Source: Chloroflexota bacterium (GTDB lineage: Bacteria > Chloroflexota > Dormibacteria > Dormibacterales > Dormibacteraceae). Taken from it: a stretch of 64,000 nt of DNA. Below, in pieces: positions 40,652 to 48,252 of this stretch (its first letter is position 1; the number at the start of each line of letters is the position of its first letter). Under the pieces are notes generated by a model. That model was given only the letters and a program-made list of their open reading frames with translations, made no database searches and was not told the origin of the DNA. Where the stretch lies: positions 1,562-65,561 of the forward strand of contig VBIA01000173.1 of NCBI GenBank assembly GCA_005879985.1, in the 5' to 3' direction. The position numbers and the translations under genes are program-made.

Positions 40652-41125
40652 CAGCAGCGCGCCGACGCGAAACAGCGTCACCTTGTGCACGACCTCGTAG
40701 GCCTCGAACGGGATGAGCACGCCCGTTGCGATGACGGTCAGGTACTCGGCCCATCGCCGGCGCATCGCTAGGCCGATGCCTTCGGTGCCTTCGAGCAGCG
40801 AGTACGCAAACGCGCCGATGGCCAGCAGGATCGTGTGAGGAAAGTTGCCGATCATCACCAACAGACGGAAGAACAGCTGCTCGATGATCGTCTCGTCGGT
40901 GTCGAGGTTCAGCTGCTGCTGAGCTGACGCGGCCCACTGGGTGAGCCACCCTTCTTGACCGGCGACCAGCAGGCCGATGCCGAGCGCGATGAGGACCACG
41001 GCCTTGCCGACGCGCTCGACGATGATCACCTTGATGAACGCGTCGTGCTCGCCGCCGATGCTGTTCAGCTCGGCAAGCAGACGGGCGAAGTAGTGCGGTC
41101 TGCGCTTGATGGCCTCGTCGGACAT
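40592..41125 (-). CDS. DUF2127-like membrane protein
   Basis: KVIIVERVGKAVVLIALGIG... with four TM segments and the C-terminus NLAVVGYLAYRKR. Its 3' end overlaps the convergent GT fusion gene by 60 nt. Confidence 0.6.
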   Translation of the reverse strand: MSDEAIKRRPHYFARLLAELNSIGGEHDAFIKVIIVERVGKAVVLIALGIGLLVAGQEGWLTQWAASAQQQLNLDTDETIIEQLFFRLLVMIGNFPHTILLAIGAFAYSLLEGTEGIGLAMRRRWAEYLTVIATGVLIPFEAYEVVHKVTLFRVGALLLNLAVVGYLAYRKRLFVGI

Positions 41126-41268
41126 GGCGAGACGTTAACAAGCTGGGTTGTCGGGTGGTTTTGAAATTTCTAATCTGGGCGGCGGTGTGCAGGCTGGGGG
41201 CGGGAGCCGCACCGGGGGTGGGGGGCGGGCCCGACGGGCGGGATGCGACGAGGGGCCGGCGGGCGCTC

Positions 41269-41724
41269 TTAGGCCTGGTGCTCCCGGTGCTCGCGGAACA
41301 GCAGCACCCGGCAGTTGGCGTTCTTCAGAACGTACGGCACCGTCTTGCCCAGGTTGAACTCGCCGAACCGCCGCTTGTACGGCAGCCCCATCACGAGCAG
41401 GTCTGCGCCCCATTCCACCGCCTCGTCGACCAGCGCCGGACCGGTGTCGCGGGCCTGCACCAGCTCCGTCTCCACGTTCAACTGAGCCTCTGTCGCCAGC
41501 TGTTCGACCTCGTCCAGGATCTTCTCCCCGCGCTCGACCACCTCGTCCATCACCGCGCCCAAAGGCAGCGAGCGGTTGACCTCGATGATGTGCACGCCGT
41601 AGAGCTTCCCGTGCGCATCGGTCATGCTGCACGCGAGCCGCACGACCTCGGCGTCGATGCCCTGGCCGCCGACGGCGACCATCACCTTCTTGGCAACCGG
41701 TCCGTGCGAGTGGTGGTCGGCCAT
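41269..41724 (-). CDS. Universal stress protein (UspA family)
   Basis: KKVMVAVGG..., ADLLVMGLPYKRRFG and GKTVPYVLKNANCRVLL. The ATG at 41724 is chosen because the upstream part of the ORF is shadow sequence. Confidence 0.8.
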   Translation of the reverse strand: MADHHSHGPVAKKVMVAVGGQGIDAEVVRLACSMTDAHGKLYGVHIIEVNRSLPLGAVMDEVVERGEKILDEVEQLATEAQLNVETELVQARDTGPALVDEAVEWGADLLVMGLPYKRRFGEFNLGKTVPYVLKNANCRVLLFREHREHQA

Positions 41725-41732
41725 GTCGGCGG

Positions 41733-41969
41733 CTAGTTGTCCGGGCCGCGCCGCAGCCGGCGCACCAGAACGTAAGCGCCGAACATGAATGCGCCGACAG
41801 CCGTACCAAACGCCAGTCCGGTGGACACCGGGTCCAGCCCCGGATGCCCGGTCAAGTACACAGCCACCCACACCCCGATGGCGATCGCGATAAGGCCCAG
41901 CAGCGTGAACGGGAAGCGCACGGCGAACCATGCTAGCCCACGCGTGACGGGCCCGGATGTCGCCTCCAC
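41733..41969 (-). CDS. Small two-TM membrane protein (78 aa), hypothetical
   Basis: The GTG at 41969 follows a GGGAGG Shine-Dalgarno; two hydrophobic helices (LLGLIAIAIGVWVAVYL, GTAVGAFMFGAYVLV). Lies immediately upstream of the usp gene. Confidence 0.5.
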   Translation of the reverse strand: MEATSGPVTRGLAWFAVRFPFTLLGLIAIAIGVWVAVYLTGHPGLDPVSTGLAFGTAVGAFMFGAYVLVRRLRRGPDN

Positions 41970-41993
41970 GGGCCTCCCTATAATCGATGCGCG

Positions 41994-42413
41994 TTGAAGA
42001 TCGTGATCGTTGGCTGCGGTCGCGTCGGATCCCAGATCGCGGCCGAAATGGACCGCACCGGACACGACGTAACCATCATCGACCGCGACCCCAACCAGTT
42101 CTCGCGGGCGTCGCAGCGAGGCGTCCTGACCAACGACTTCAAGGGCAACCAGGTGGTCGGCAACGGCACCGACGCGGAGGTCCTGCGGAGGGCAGGCGTG
42201 GAAGACGCCGACGGCTTCGTGGCAGTGACCGAAGGCGACAACCGCAACATCATGGCTGCGCAGATCGCCAAGCACGTCTTCAAGGTTCCCCGCGTCGTCT
42301 GCCGCATCTACGACCCGGAGCGCGCGGAGGCCTACGAAAAGCTCGGACTGCACACGATCTGTCCCACCATCGACGGCGCCAAGCGCATCGAGAAGACGCT
42401 GCTGCAGCAGTGA
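41994..42413 (+). CDS. TrkA-N (RCK N-terminal, NAD-binding) domain protein, without RCK_C
   Basis: MKIVIVGCGRVGSQIA Rossmann motif, DAEVLRRAGVEDADGFVAVT. 139 aa. Confidence 0.8.
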   Translation: MKIVIVGCGRVGSQIAAEMDRTGHDVTIIDRDPNQFSRASQRGVLTNDFKGNQVVGNGTDAEVLRRAGVEDADGFVAVTEGDNRNIMAAQIAKHVFKVPRVVCRIYDPERAEAYEKLGLHTICPTIDGAKRIEKTLLQQ

Positions 42414-42423
42414 GGTTGCACTC

Positions 42424-42825
42424 ATGTACGTGATCGTCGTCGGCGGAGGCACAGTCGGCTACTACCTTTCGCGCGACCTGCTGGACCGCGGCCACGAGGT
42501 GACGCTCATCGAGAAAGAAAGCCGCCGCGCCGACTGGCTCGAGACCCAGCTCGGCAGCATCGTCATGCGCGGCGACGGATGCGAGGTGAAGTTCCTATCC
42601 CAGACAGGCATCGAGCGCGCGGATGCGATCGTCGCGGTCACCGCGGACGATGAGGACAACCTCATCGCCCTGCAGATGGCCAAGCGTCACTTCAACGTGA
42701 AGAAGACGATCGCACGCGTGAACAATCCGTCGAACGTTGAGATCTTCAAAATGCTCGGCGTCGATGACGCTGTATCAGCGACCGAGATTCTTCTCGGCGC
42801 CCTGGAACCCCCGATCACCACCTGA
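42424..42825 (+). CDS. TrkA-N (RCK N-terminal) domain protein, without RCK_C
   Basis: MYVIVVGGGTVGYYLS Rossmann motif, GIERADAIVAVTADDEDN. 133 aa. Confidence 0.8.
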   Translation: MYVIVVGGGTVGYYLSRDLLDRGHEVTLIEKESRRADWLETQLGSIVMRGDGCEVKFLSQTGIERADAIVAVTADDEDNLIALQMAKRHFNVKKTIARVNNPSNVEIFKMLGVDDAVSATEILLGALEPPITT

Positions 42826-42846
42826 CGAAACGATCGAAGAGGAAAA

Positions 42847-42868
42847 GGACCGCTGGCCCAAGCGGTCC
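42847..42868. terminator. Intrinsic terminator hairpin between convergent genes
   Basis: GGACCGCT-GGCCCA-AGCGGTCC (8-bp stem). On the minus strand it is followed by TTTTCCTCTT. Confidence 0.65.
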
Positions 42869-42885
42869 CTCACTCCCCCTTTGCT

Positions 42886-43032
42886 TTACACAGTCGCCTT
42901 GCCGATCTTGTAGATCTTCGTGCCGCAATTCGGACACGTGCCTACCGTAGCCGGCTTTCCGTTCTTCATCGTGATGGGCTGAGGGTCCTTCATTTCGACC
43001 TTTCGCTTGTCTTTCAGGCAGTAGCCTTCCAC
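42886..43032 (-). CDS. Small zinc-ribbon protein (DUF5679-like), 48 aa
   Basis: Hand translation gives VEGYCLKDKRKVEMKDPQPITMKNGKPATVGTCPNCGTKIYKIGKATV. It has a C...CPNC pattern and an AGGA Shine-Dalgarno about 10 nt upstream of the GTG. Too short for the ORF track. Confidence 0.65.
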   Translation of the reverse strand: MEGYCLKDKRKVEMKDPQPITMKNGKPATVGTCPNCGTKIYKIGKATV

Positions 43033-43116
43033 TAGTTCACCATCCTTTAATCAGTATCCGTTGCCCGGGCGACTCGGCCCATTCTAGGGGCCCTCCAACT
43101 CGAATTCAACCCGAGA

Positions 43117-43665
43117 TCAGAAGTCATCAGTTTTTTCGTGCCCTACAACGCCGTGGAAAGTGGTCAGAAATGGAGGCTCAAACGCACTGTGCGCGGCCTC
43201 GTCGTAGAGGACAAATCGCACCTCTGACGGCTCCCATCCGTCGTGAAACGCGCTGCTCAGACATGTCGCCATGATGCGCGCGCAATCATCGAGCGGAAAA
43301 CCGGCGATGCCGGTGCCGACCGCCGGCACCGCGACGGTCTCGAAGGCACTGCGGCGTGCAATTTCAAAAGTCGCGGTCATGGATGCTTGCAGCGACGTGG
43401 CGGTCGTGCGTCCGCCCAGCGCCATGCTCGCCGCGTGAATAACGTGGCGCGCCTTCAGCTGCCCGCCGCCCGTGACGGCGGCCTCGCCCACGCGGACCGG
43501 ACCATGCGCGGTGCATTCGTCCTGGATCGATGGACCACCGCGCCGCCTGATCGCGCCCGCCACTCCGCCTCCCAGCACGAGGTCGTTATTGGCCGCGTTG
43601 ACGATGGCGTCGACGTCCTGATCGGTCAGGTCGCCGACGGTGATGACGATTCGCCTGGTAGGCAC
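43117..43665 (-). CDS. Macro domain protein (ADP-ribose / O-acetyl-ADP-ribose processing)
   Basis: DAIVNAANNDLVLGGGVAGAI, HVIHAA and VAVPAVGTGIAGFP. The GTG at 43665 follows a GGAGG Shine-Dalgarno and overlaps the PfkB gene 3' end by 40 nt. Confidence 0.8.
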   Translation of the reverse strand: MPTRRIVITVGDLTDQDVDAIVNAANNDLVLGGGVAGAIRRRGGPSIQDECTAHGPVRVGEAAVTGGGQLKARHVIHAASMALGGRTTATSLQASMTATFEIARRSAFETVAVPAVGTGIAGFPLDDCARIMATCLSSAFHDGWEPSEVRFVLYDEAAHSAFEPPFLTTFHGVVGHEKTDDF

Positions 43666-44528
43666 TCCATCACCTCCTCGACGCGCGAGTCCAGCTGCGC
43701 TCGCGTCGTGCGCGCGATGCTGCGCAGCCCGATGTCTTCGATTGTGATGGATGCGCACGCAACACCCCACACCAGCGCTTCGCGGACGGCTCTGGGCTCA
43801 CCGCCCGATACGAGCCAGTGCGCGAGCATCCCGGCTGCGGTCGCGTCGCCGGCGCCGGTGGTGTCGACGATTGGATGTGTGCCCAGCGCCGGCACGTGCA
43901 CCGATCCATAGTCTGTGTAAGCGGTCACGCCACGCGCGCCACTTTTCAAAACCAGGGCCTCGAGCGACCACTGACGCCGGAACTCCTGCGGCTCGACGCC
44001 ACCCAGCGCAGCGAACTCGTCCTGGTTGCAGAAATACCAGCGCGCACGGCGCAGCACGTCCCTGGCCTCTACAGGCTGAGCTCGAACGTAAGACAGCATC
44101 GCGTCAGCCGCCAAAAGGCTCGAGCCGGCGAGCCCGGAGGCAATTTGCGCCTGCCGGTCAGGCCGCATCGAACCGACGAAGGACCATCCCGAGTAGCCGG
44201 GCGGCAGCCCTGGCTGCCAATGGTCGTAGATCGAGTCCTGGCTGCCGAAATCGATGTTGCGGCCGGCCTCCTGCTGAGCGCGCCAGCGGTACGTCGGCGC
44301 GTCGATCACCTGCAGATGAGTGAGATCGACCGGCCGTGACCCGACGACGTCCTCGACCAGTCGCGTCTGATCCTTGCCCACCGGCGCGACGACTCGGACC
44401 GGCGTGATCAGGCTCGCGGCCAGCGCGAAGTAGAGCGCACTGCCTCCGAGCTCGTCTTCGACGTGACCAAATGACCCGTCGAGCGTGTCGAGCGCGATCG
44501 ATCCCGCGACGAGAAGTTCTGCGCTCAC
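43626..44528 (-). CDS. PfkB-family (ribokinase-like) sugar/nucleoside kinase
   Basis: VAGSIALDT, GGSALYFA and DTTGAGDATAAG (the PfkB anion-hole/catalytic motif). The GTG at 44528 overlaps the PHP stop as GTGA. Confidence 0.8.
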   Translation of the reverse strand: MSAELLVAGSIALDTLDGSFGHVEDELGGSALYFALAASLITPVRVVAPVGKDQTRLVEDVVGSRPVDLTHLQVIDAPTYRWRAQQEAGRNIDFGSQDSIYDHWQPGLPPGYSGWSFVGSMRPDRQAQIASGLAGSSLLAADAMLSYVRAQPVEARDVLRRARWYFCNQDEFAALGGVEPQEFRRQWSLEALVLKSGARGVTAYTDYGSVHVPALGTHPIVDTTGAGDATAAGMLAHWLVSGGEPRAVREALVWGVACASITIEDIGLRSIARTTRAQLDSRVEEVMECLPGESSSPSAT

Positions 44529-45130
44529 GCGCGACGCGTGGTGCCGCTCGCAGAGGTCACGACGTGCCGCGCCCGCCCCAGCTTTTCGAGGAAGTCGGAC
44601 GTCCCCTCGTATTCGTCGATCTCCATCCAGCTGCGCCCGATCTCCTCGATCCCATGCGAGTCCGAGCCCGTGGCCGCGACCTTGCCGAGCTCCGCGGCAA
44701 GCTCGGAGGCGGCGCGATTCGCGCCCGGCTCGGCCCACGGGTTGTACGTCTCGATGATGTCGATGCGATCGGCGAGGTCGACGATGCGCTCGCTGCGAAA
44801 GTGCGATCGGTTGCGGTCGAGCGGATGCGGGAGATACGTGAGGCCGCCCATCTCGTGAATGAGGTCCATCGCCTCCTCAGGTCGCAGGTAAGGGGGCACG
44901 CGTCGCGTGATGAAGAGGCCGATGAGCTCACCCTCTCGTGTCTTCGCCTCTTCGCCGACGATGGTCAGCTCTGGAGCGAGCTTCGCCAGCTCGAGCGCGC
45001 CTTCGGCGGTGTTGTGATCGGTCAACGCGATGCGATCGAGGCCGCATTCGCGAGCGCGCTTGATCAGTGCGTCGAGCGAGGTGAAGCTGTCGTGCGAATA
45101 GCGCGAATGGAGATGCAGGTCGACCCGCAC
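44525..45130 (-). CDS. PHP-domain metal-dependent phosphoesterase
   Basis: VDLHLHSRYSHDS, IALTDHNT and PHP...H motifs. The GTG at 45130 is chosen; an ATG at 45184 would overlap the upstream gene. Confidence 0.75.
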   Translation of the reverse strand: MRVDLHLHSRYSHDSFTSLDALIKRARECGLDRIALTDHNTAEGALELAKLAPELTIVGEEAKTREGELIGLFITRRVPPYLRPEEAMDLIHEMGGLTYLPHPLDRNRSHFRSERIVDLADRIDIIETYNPWAEPGANRAASELAAELGKVAATGSDSHGIEEIGRSWMEIDEYEGTSDFLEKLGRARHVVTSASGTTRRA

Positions 45131-45140
45131 GCGAACGAGT

Positions 45141-45518
45141 CTAAGAGACCTGGGCCGCCTCGCTGAGCTGGCGCCGGCGAGCACCGGCGAACAGTGGAAT
45201 CACGTGAGCCGGGCCGCGGCTCAAGCAGGCCTGCTCCATGAGCGCCGCCTGCGCGTCGTAGATGATCTCCATCACCTGCGTCGGCCTGCGCTCGCGGCCG
45301 AGCCGAGCGGGCAATTCTGGGTGCGCGTGGCGCAGCACGACCACCAAACGAGCAACCAGCCATCCGGGCACGATGCGCATCTCTTGCACCATGCACTCTT
45401 CGACCCAGTAGAGCAATTCATCTGATTCGCGGAGCAAGCGTCGCGGAGTCATCGCCTGCTTGCGCCGTCGATGCCATCTGAAATGCTGGTCTTGCTCTTC
45501 GATCGTTTGCTGGAGCAT
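45141..45518 (-). CDS. Hypothetical protein (125 aa)
   Basis: ORF only; co-directional and tightly spaced with the PHP-PfkB-macro genes. Confidence 0.4.
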   Translation of the reverse strand: MLQQTIEEQDQHFRWHRRRKQAMTPRRLLRESDELLYWVEECMVQEMRIVPGWLVARLVVVLRHAHPELPARLGRERRPTQVMEIIYDAQAALMEQACLSRGPAHVIPLFAGARRRQLSEAAQVS

Positions 45519-45533
45519 TGAAGATCCACTATA

Positions 45534-46076
45534 TCAGCGGCTCCCCGCGCTACTTTTCATTTGCGCGGGGTAATAGAGAGTGCGCCAGCCCCCTGCTGCG
45601 GGGATCAGGTGAACCTGGCGATCCAGCGTCCAATCCTTCCACTGCTCGCGCACGCGATATCGCAAGACCATCTGCGCCACGTTGCTGTACGTGCGCTCGT
45701 GGCGATGGTCGGTCCACGACTCGAGCACTTTCACGTTGAGCACCTGCACGTCGAGCACCTCGGTGTCGTCACCAAGGCGCGGCATGTCGCGGATGAACAT
45801 CTCGCGTCCGCCCCAGGCGCGCTGCGCGTCCTCGGCAATCATCTCCCACATCTCGTCGAAACGGCCCTCGGCGTGCAGCTTCATGAAGCGCATCTCGAAA
45901 GCGGCGGGGGCGATCGACATGGGAGCCGGCGGCCGGAAGGGCTGGCCGATCGGCGGCAGCACGGGCTCGGCGGCGGCCGTGCCCAGGCCCACCGGCGTGA
46001 ACCGCCCCACCAGGCGCAGCAGGAAGGCATTCACAGCCGGCCAACGCCGGAACAGACGCATAAGGGTATTGACCAT
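45534..46076 (-). CDS. Hypothetical protein (180 aa)
   Basis: ORF from ATG 46076 (MVNTLMRLFRRWP...). No recognisable motif; first gene of the co-directional run. Confidence 0.4.
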   Translation of the reverse strand: MVNTLMRLFRRWPAVNAFLLRLVGRFTPVGLGTAAAEPVLPPIGQPFRPPAPMSIAPAAFEMRFMKLHAEGRFDEMWEMIAEDAQRAWGGREMFIRDMPRLGDDTEVLDVQVLNVKVLESWTDHRHERTYSNVAQMVLRYRVREQWKDWTLDRQVHLIPAAGGWRTLYYPAQMKSSAGSR

Positions 46077-46306
46077 TGGGGCTAGATGTAGTGTGATTTC
46101 CCCAGACTGTATACAGAATGTGGGTAACTGGCAACTACAAGCGCCACCCGACCTGTAGCCGTCATTCGAGCTCCAGGGCGAGCTCGCGTCTTCCCCGCTG
46201 CGGCCGCCCACGCCGCCTTCGCACCTGGAAGCTGACAGTCAGGCTGAGGCCGCGCTGAGCCCGTGGTGAGGATGGGCGTCGCGGGCTGGCGGGTGGGACC
46301 TCGCCC

Positions 46307-46702
46307 TCAGCCGACCGCCAGCCGGCGCACCATCCTGGCCACGCCCTCCAAAGGCACTCCCACCGGGCAGGCTGCGGACGCGGCCTCCCAATCCGGTTCG
46401 TCGCCATCGACGTCACCGGCCGCGTCACCGAGGCCTGAGTAAAGGCGCGCGTAGGAAGAAGCCAGGTCCGGTAGGCGCGTGCGCGCCAGCCGTCCCGCGG
46501 CGAAAGCGCACAGCCCGCAGTTGATGCATCCGATGAGCTGAGGGTGCCTCTCCTGTTCCTCAGGCGTCAGCGGCACCAGTCCATCCGCCGCGTACATCTC
46601 GAGCAGCGGCTTCAGCTGCGAGCGCGCGGGCTTCAATCGCCTGCGTGTCAGGTGCATGCCGTACGCGAGCGCGAGCTTGGCGAGCGAATCCGCGCGGCCC
46701 AT
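46307..46702 (-). CDS. Small Cys-rich protein, probable 4Fe-4S cluster protein coupled to the glpA-like oxidoreductase
   Basis: CINCGLC followed by ..ACPVGVP. The ATG at 46702 overlaps the upstream TAA as TAATG. The rest of the 323-aa ORF is shadow sequence. Confidence 0.5.
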   Translation of the reverse strand: MGRADSLAKLALAYGMHLTRRRLKPARSQLKPLLEMYAADGLVPLTPEEQERHPQLIGCINCGLCAFAAGRLARTRLPDLASSYARLYSGLGDAAGDVDGDEPDWEAASAACPVGVPLEGVARMVRRLAVG

Positions 46703-46925
46703 TACGCGAACAGTCCTCGCGTCGCGCCCTGGACGAGCTCTTCCTGCGCCCATCCGGCATGGGTCAGGACGGGCGCGCGTCCAAGCCACGACGATTGCAC
46801 AAAATCGCGGACCGCGTCGAATCGCTGGGACGCGCTCCATCCGAGCTCGCGGCCGATGATCTCGGCGGCGCGCATGACGCACGTCGCGCCGGCGCAAGGT
46901 CCACCCGCAAGGCTGACACGCCGGG
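46702..46925 (-). CDS. C-terminal fragment of the GlpA-like oxidoreductase (end of the BFD-like [2Fe-2S] region plus tail), in a different frame
   Basis: RRVSLAGGPCAGATCVMRAAEIIGRELGW... resembles the RRTRLGMGxCQGxxC segment of GlpA/GlpD-type enzymes. The upper boundary is approximate. Confidence 0.55.
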
Positions 46926-48224
46926 ACGGCCCGCGGCCGCGCCATCGAGGACCTCGGCCGCGCGACATCCGTGCCTGCTCTGCAGCTTGACCGCGGCAAG
47001 CGCAGAGATCCCGCAACGTCTTGCGAGCTCTTCCGCGGGCTCCATGTCGGATTCACTTCCGGGCAGGGGGCGCGTAGCCGTGACGCAGGGTGACTGATGT
47101 CCGAGCTTGCGACAAACCGCGTCCGATGTCTCCTCGGCCATGAGCCGGTACATCGACAGCTTGCCGCCGGCGATGGTGACGAAACCGTCGACGCCATCGG
47201 CCGCGTGATCGAAGATCCGGTACCTGCGCGACAGCTCGTCTTCGTAGCGGCGCCACTTGAAGAGGGTCGGCCGCACACCGGTGGTCGTGCGCACCGGACG
47301 GAACTTGCGAATCGCGGGGAAGACGCGCTCGAAACCCTGCAGCAGGTAGTCGACCTCGTCGCGCATGACCTCGACCGAATCGAGGTCGCCGTAGAAGTCG
47401 TCGTCGGTCGTGCCGAGGAGCGTGAAGCCCGCGTGCGAGACCATCAGCAGGTCGCGACCGTCGATCGACTCCCCGCTGATCGCGAACCGGGAGATGCGGT
47501 GGGGGTAGATGATGTGGATTCCCTTTGCGGGACGCAGCTGCACGTCGACGCCGGCCATGTGCCCGACCTCGGGAACCCACGGGCCGGCGGCGTTCACCAC
47601 GACCTTTGCGCGCGCCTCGCTGTACACGCCGTCCGAAGTCCGGTAGCGCACGCCGATGACGGCGCCGCCATCGCGCAGCAGCTCCACCACCTTGGTGTGG
47701 TTCAAAGCGCGAGTGCCGTTCGAAACCGCGTCCTGAACGTTCGCGAACACGAGCCGGTGCGGGTCGACGCCCCATTCCTCCATGGTCACCGCGCCGACCA
47801 TGTCGCGCGTGAGCCCGGGCTCGATCTGGAGCGCCTCCTCCGGCGTCAGCCGGGTGTGCGGGTGTGACTTCTTCAAGGGCTGGAAGCGGTCGTAAACCTC
47901 CATCGCCGTCTCCATCCGCTCGATGTTGTTCTTGTCGTGCGGAAGGACCGGGATGAGGAAGAGGACGCGATAGACGATGTTGCGCGCGATCGTGACGATG
48001 TGGCCCGCGTCCGTGGTCGAGAGGCGCGTCGTGTCCCAGTCGAACTCGAGGTAGCGCGGCCCGCCGTGGATCATCCAGCTAGACGAGCCGCTGGTGCCCG
48101 CGCCCCAGTCGCCTTTCTCGAGGAGCAGCACCGACAGCCCGCGAAGCGAGAGGTCGCGCGCGATGCCCGCGCCGGTGACACCGCCGCCGATGATCACGAC
48201 GTCGTGAGCAGAGGGCTGGCTCAC
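46764..48224 (-). CDS. FAD-dependent glycerol-3-phosphate dehydrogenase-like oxidoreductase (GlpA/GlpD family), main fragment
   Basis: DVVIIGGGVTGAGIARDLSLRG (FAD motif), GTSGSSSWMIHGGPRYLE and IAGGKLSMYRLMAEE. Homology ends near ..AEVLDGAAAGRPG (about 46925). Confidence 0.8.
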   Translation of the reverse strand: MSQPSAHDVVIIGGGVTGAGIARDLSLRGLSVLLLEKGDWGAGTSGSSSWMIHGGPRYLEFDWDTTRLSTTDAGHIVTIARNIVYRVLFLIPVLPHDKNNIERMETAMEVYDRFQPLKKSHPHTRLTPEEALQIEPGLTRDMVGAVTMEEWGVDPHRLVFANVQDAVSNGTRALNHTKVVELLRDGGAVIGVRYRTSDGVYSEARAKVVVNAAGPWVPEVGHMAGVDVQLRPAKGIHIIYPHRISRFAISGESIDGRDLLMVSHAGFTLLGTTDDDFYGDLDSVEVMRDEVDYLLQGFERVFPAIRKFRPVRTTTGVRPTLFKWRRYEDELSRRYRIFDHAADGVDGFVTIAGGKLSMYRLMAEETSDAVCRKLGHQSPCVTATRPLPGSESDMEPAEELARRCGISALAAVKLQSRHGCRAAEVLDGAAAGRPGVSALRVDLAPARRASCAPPRSSAASSDGARPSDSTRSAILCNRRGLDARPS

Positions 48225-48252
48225 GCCTGAGATGCTAGCGGGGACCCCTTTG

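Noticed and set aside
38698-40716. 672-aa alternative plus-strand frame, plus a 402-aa minus-strand ORF (39263-40471), over the GT87-GT2 gene
   Set aside because: Both translate to Arg/Pro/Gly-rich nonsense. The 38630 frame carries TM segments and GT2 motifs.
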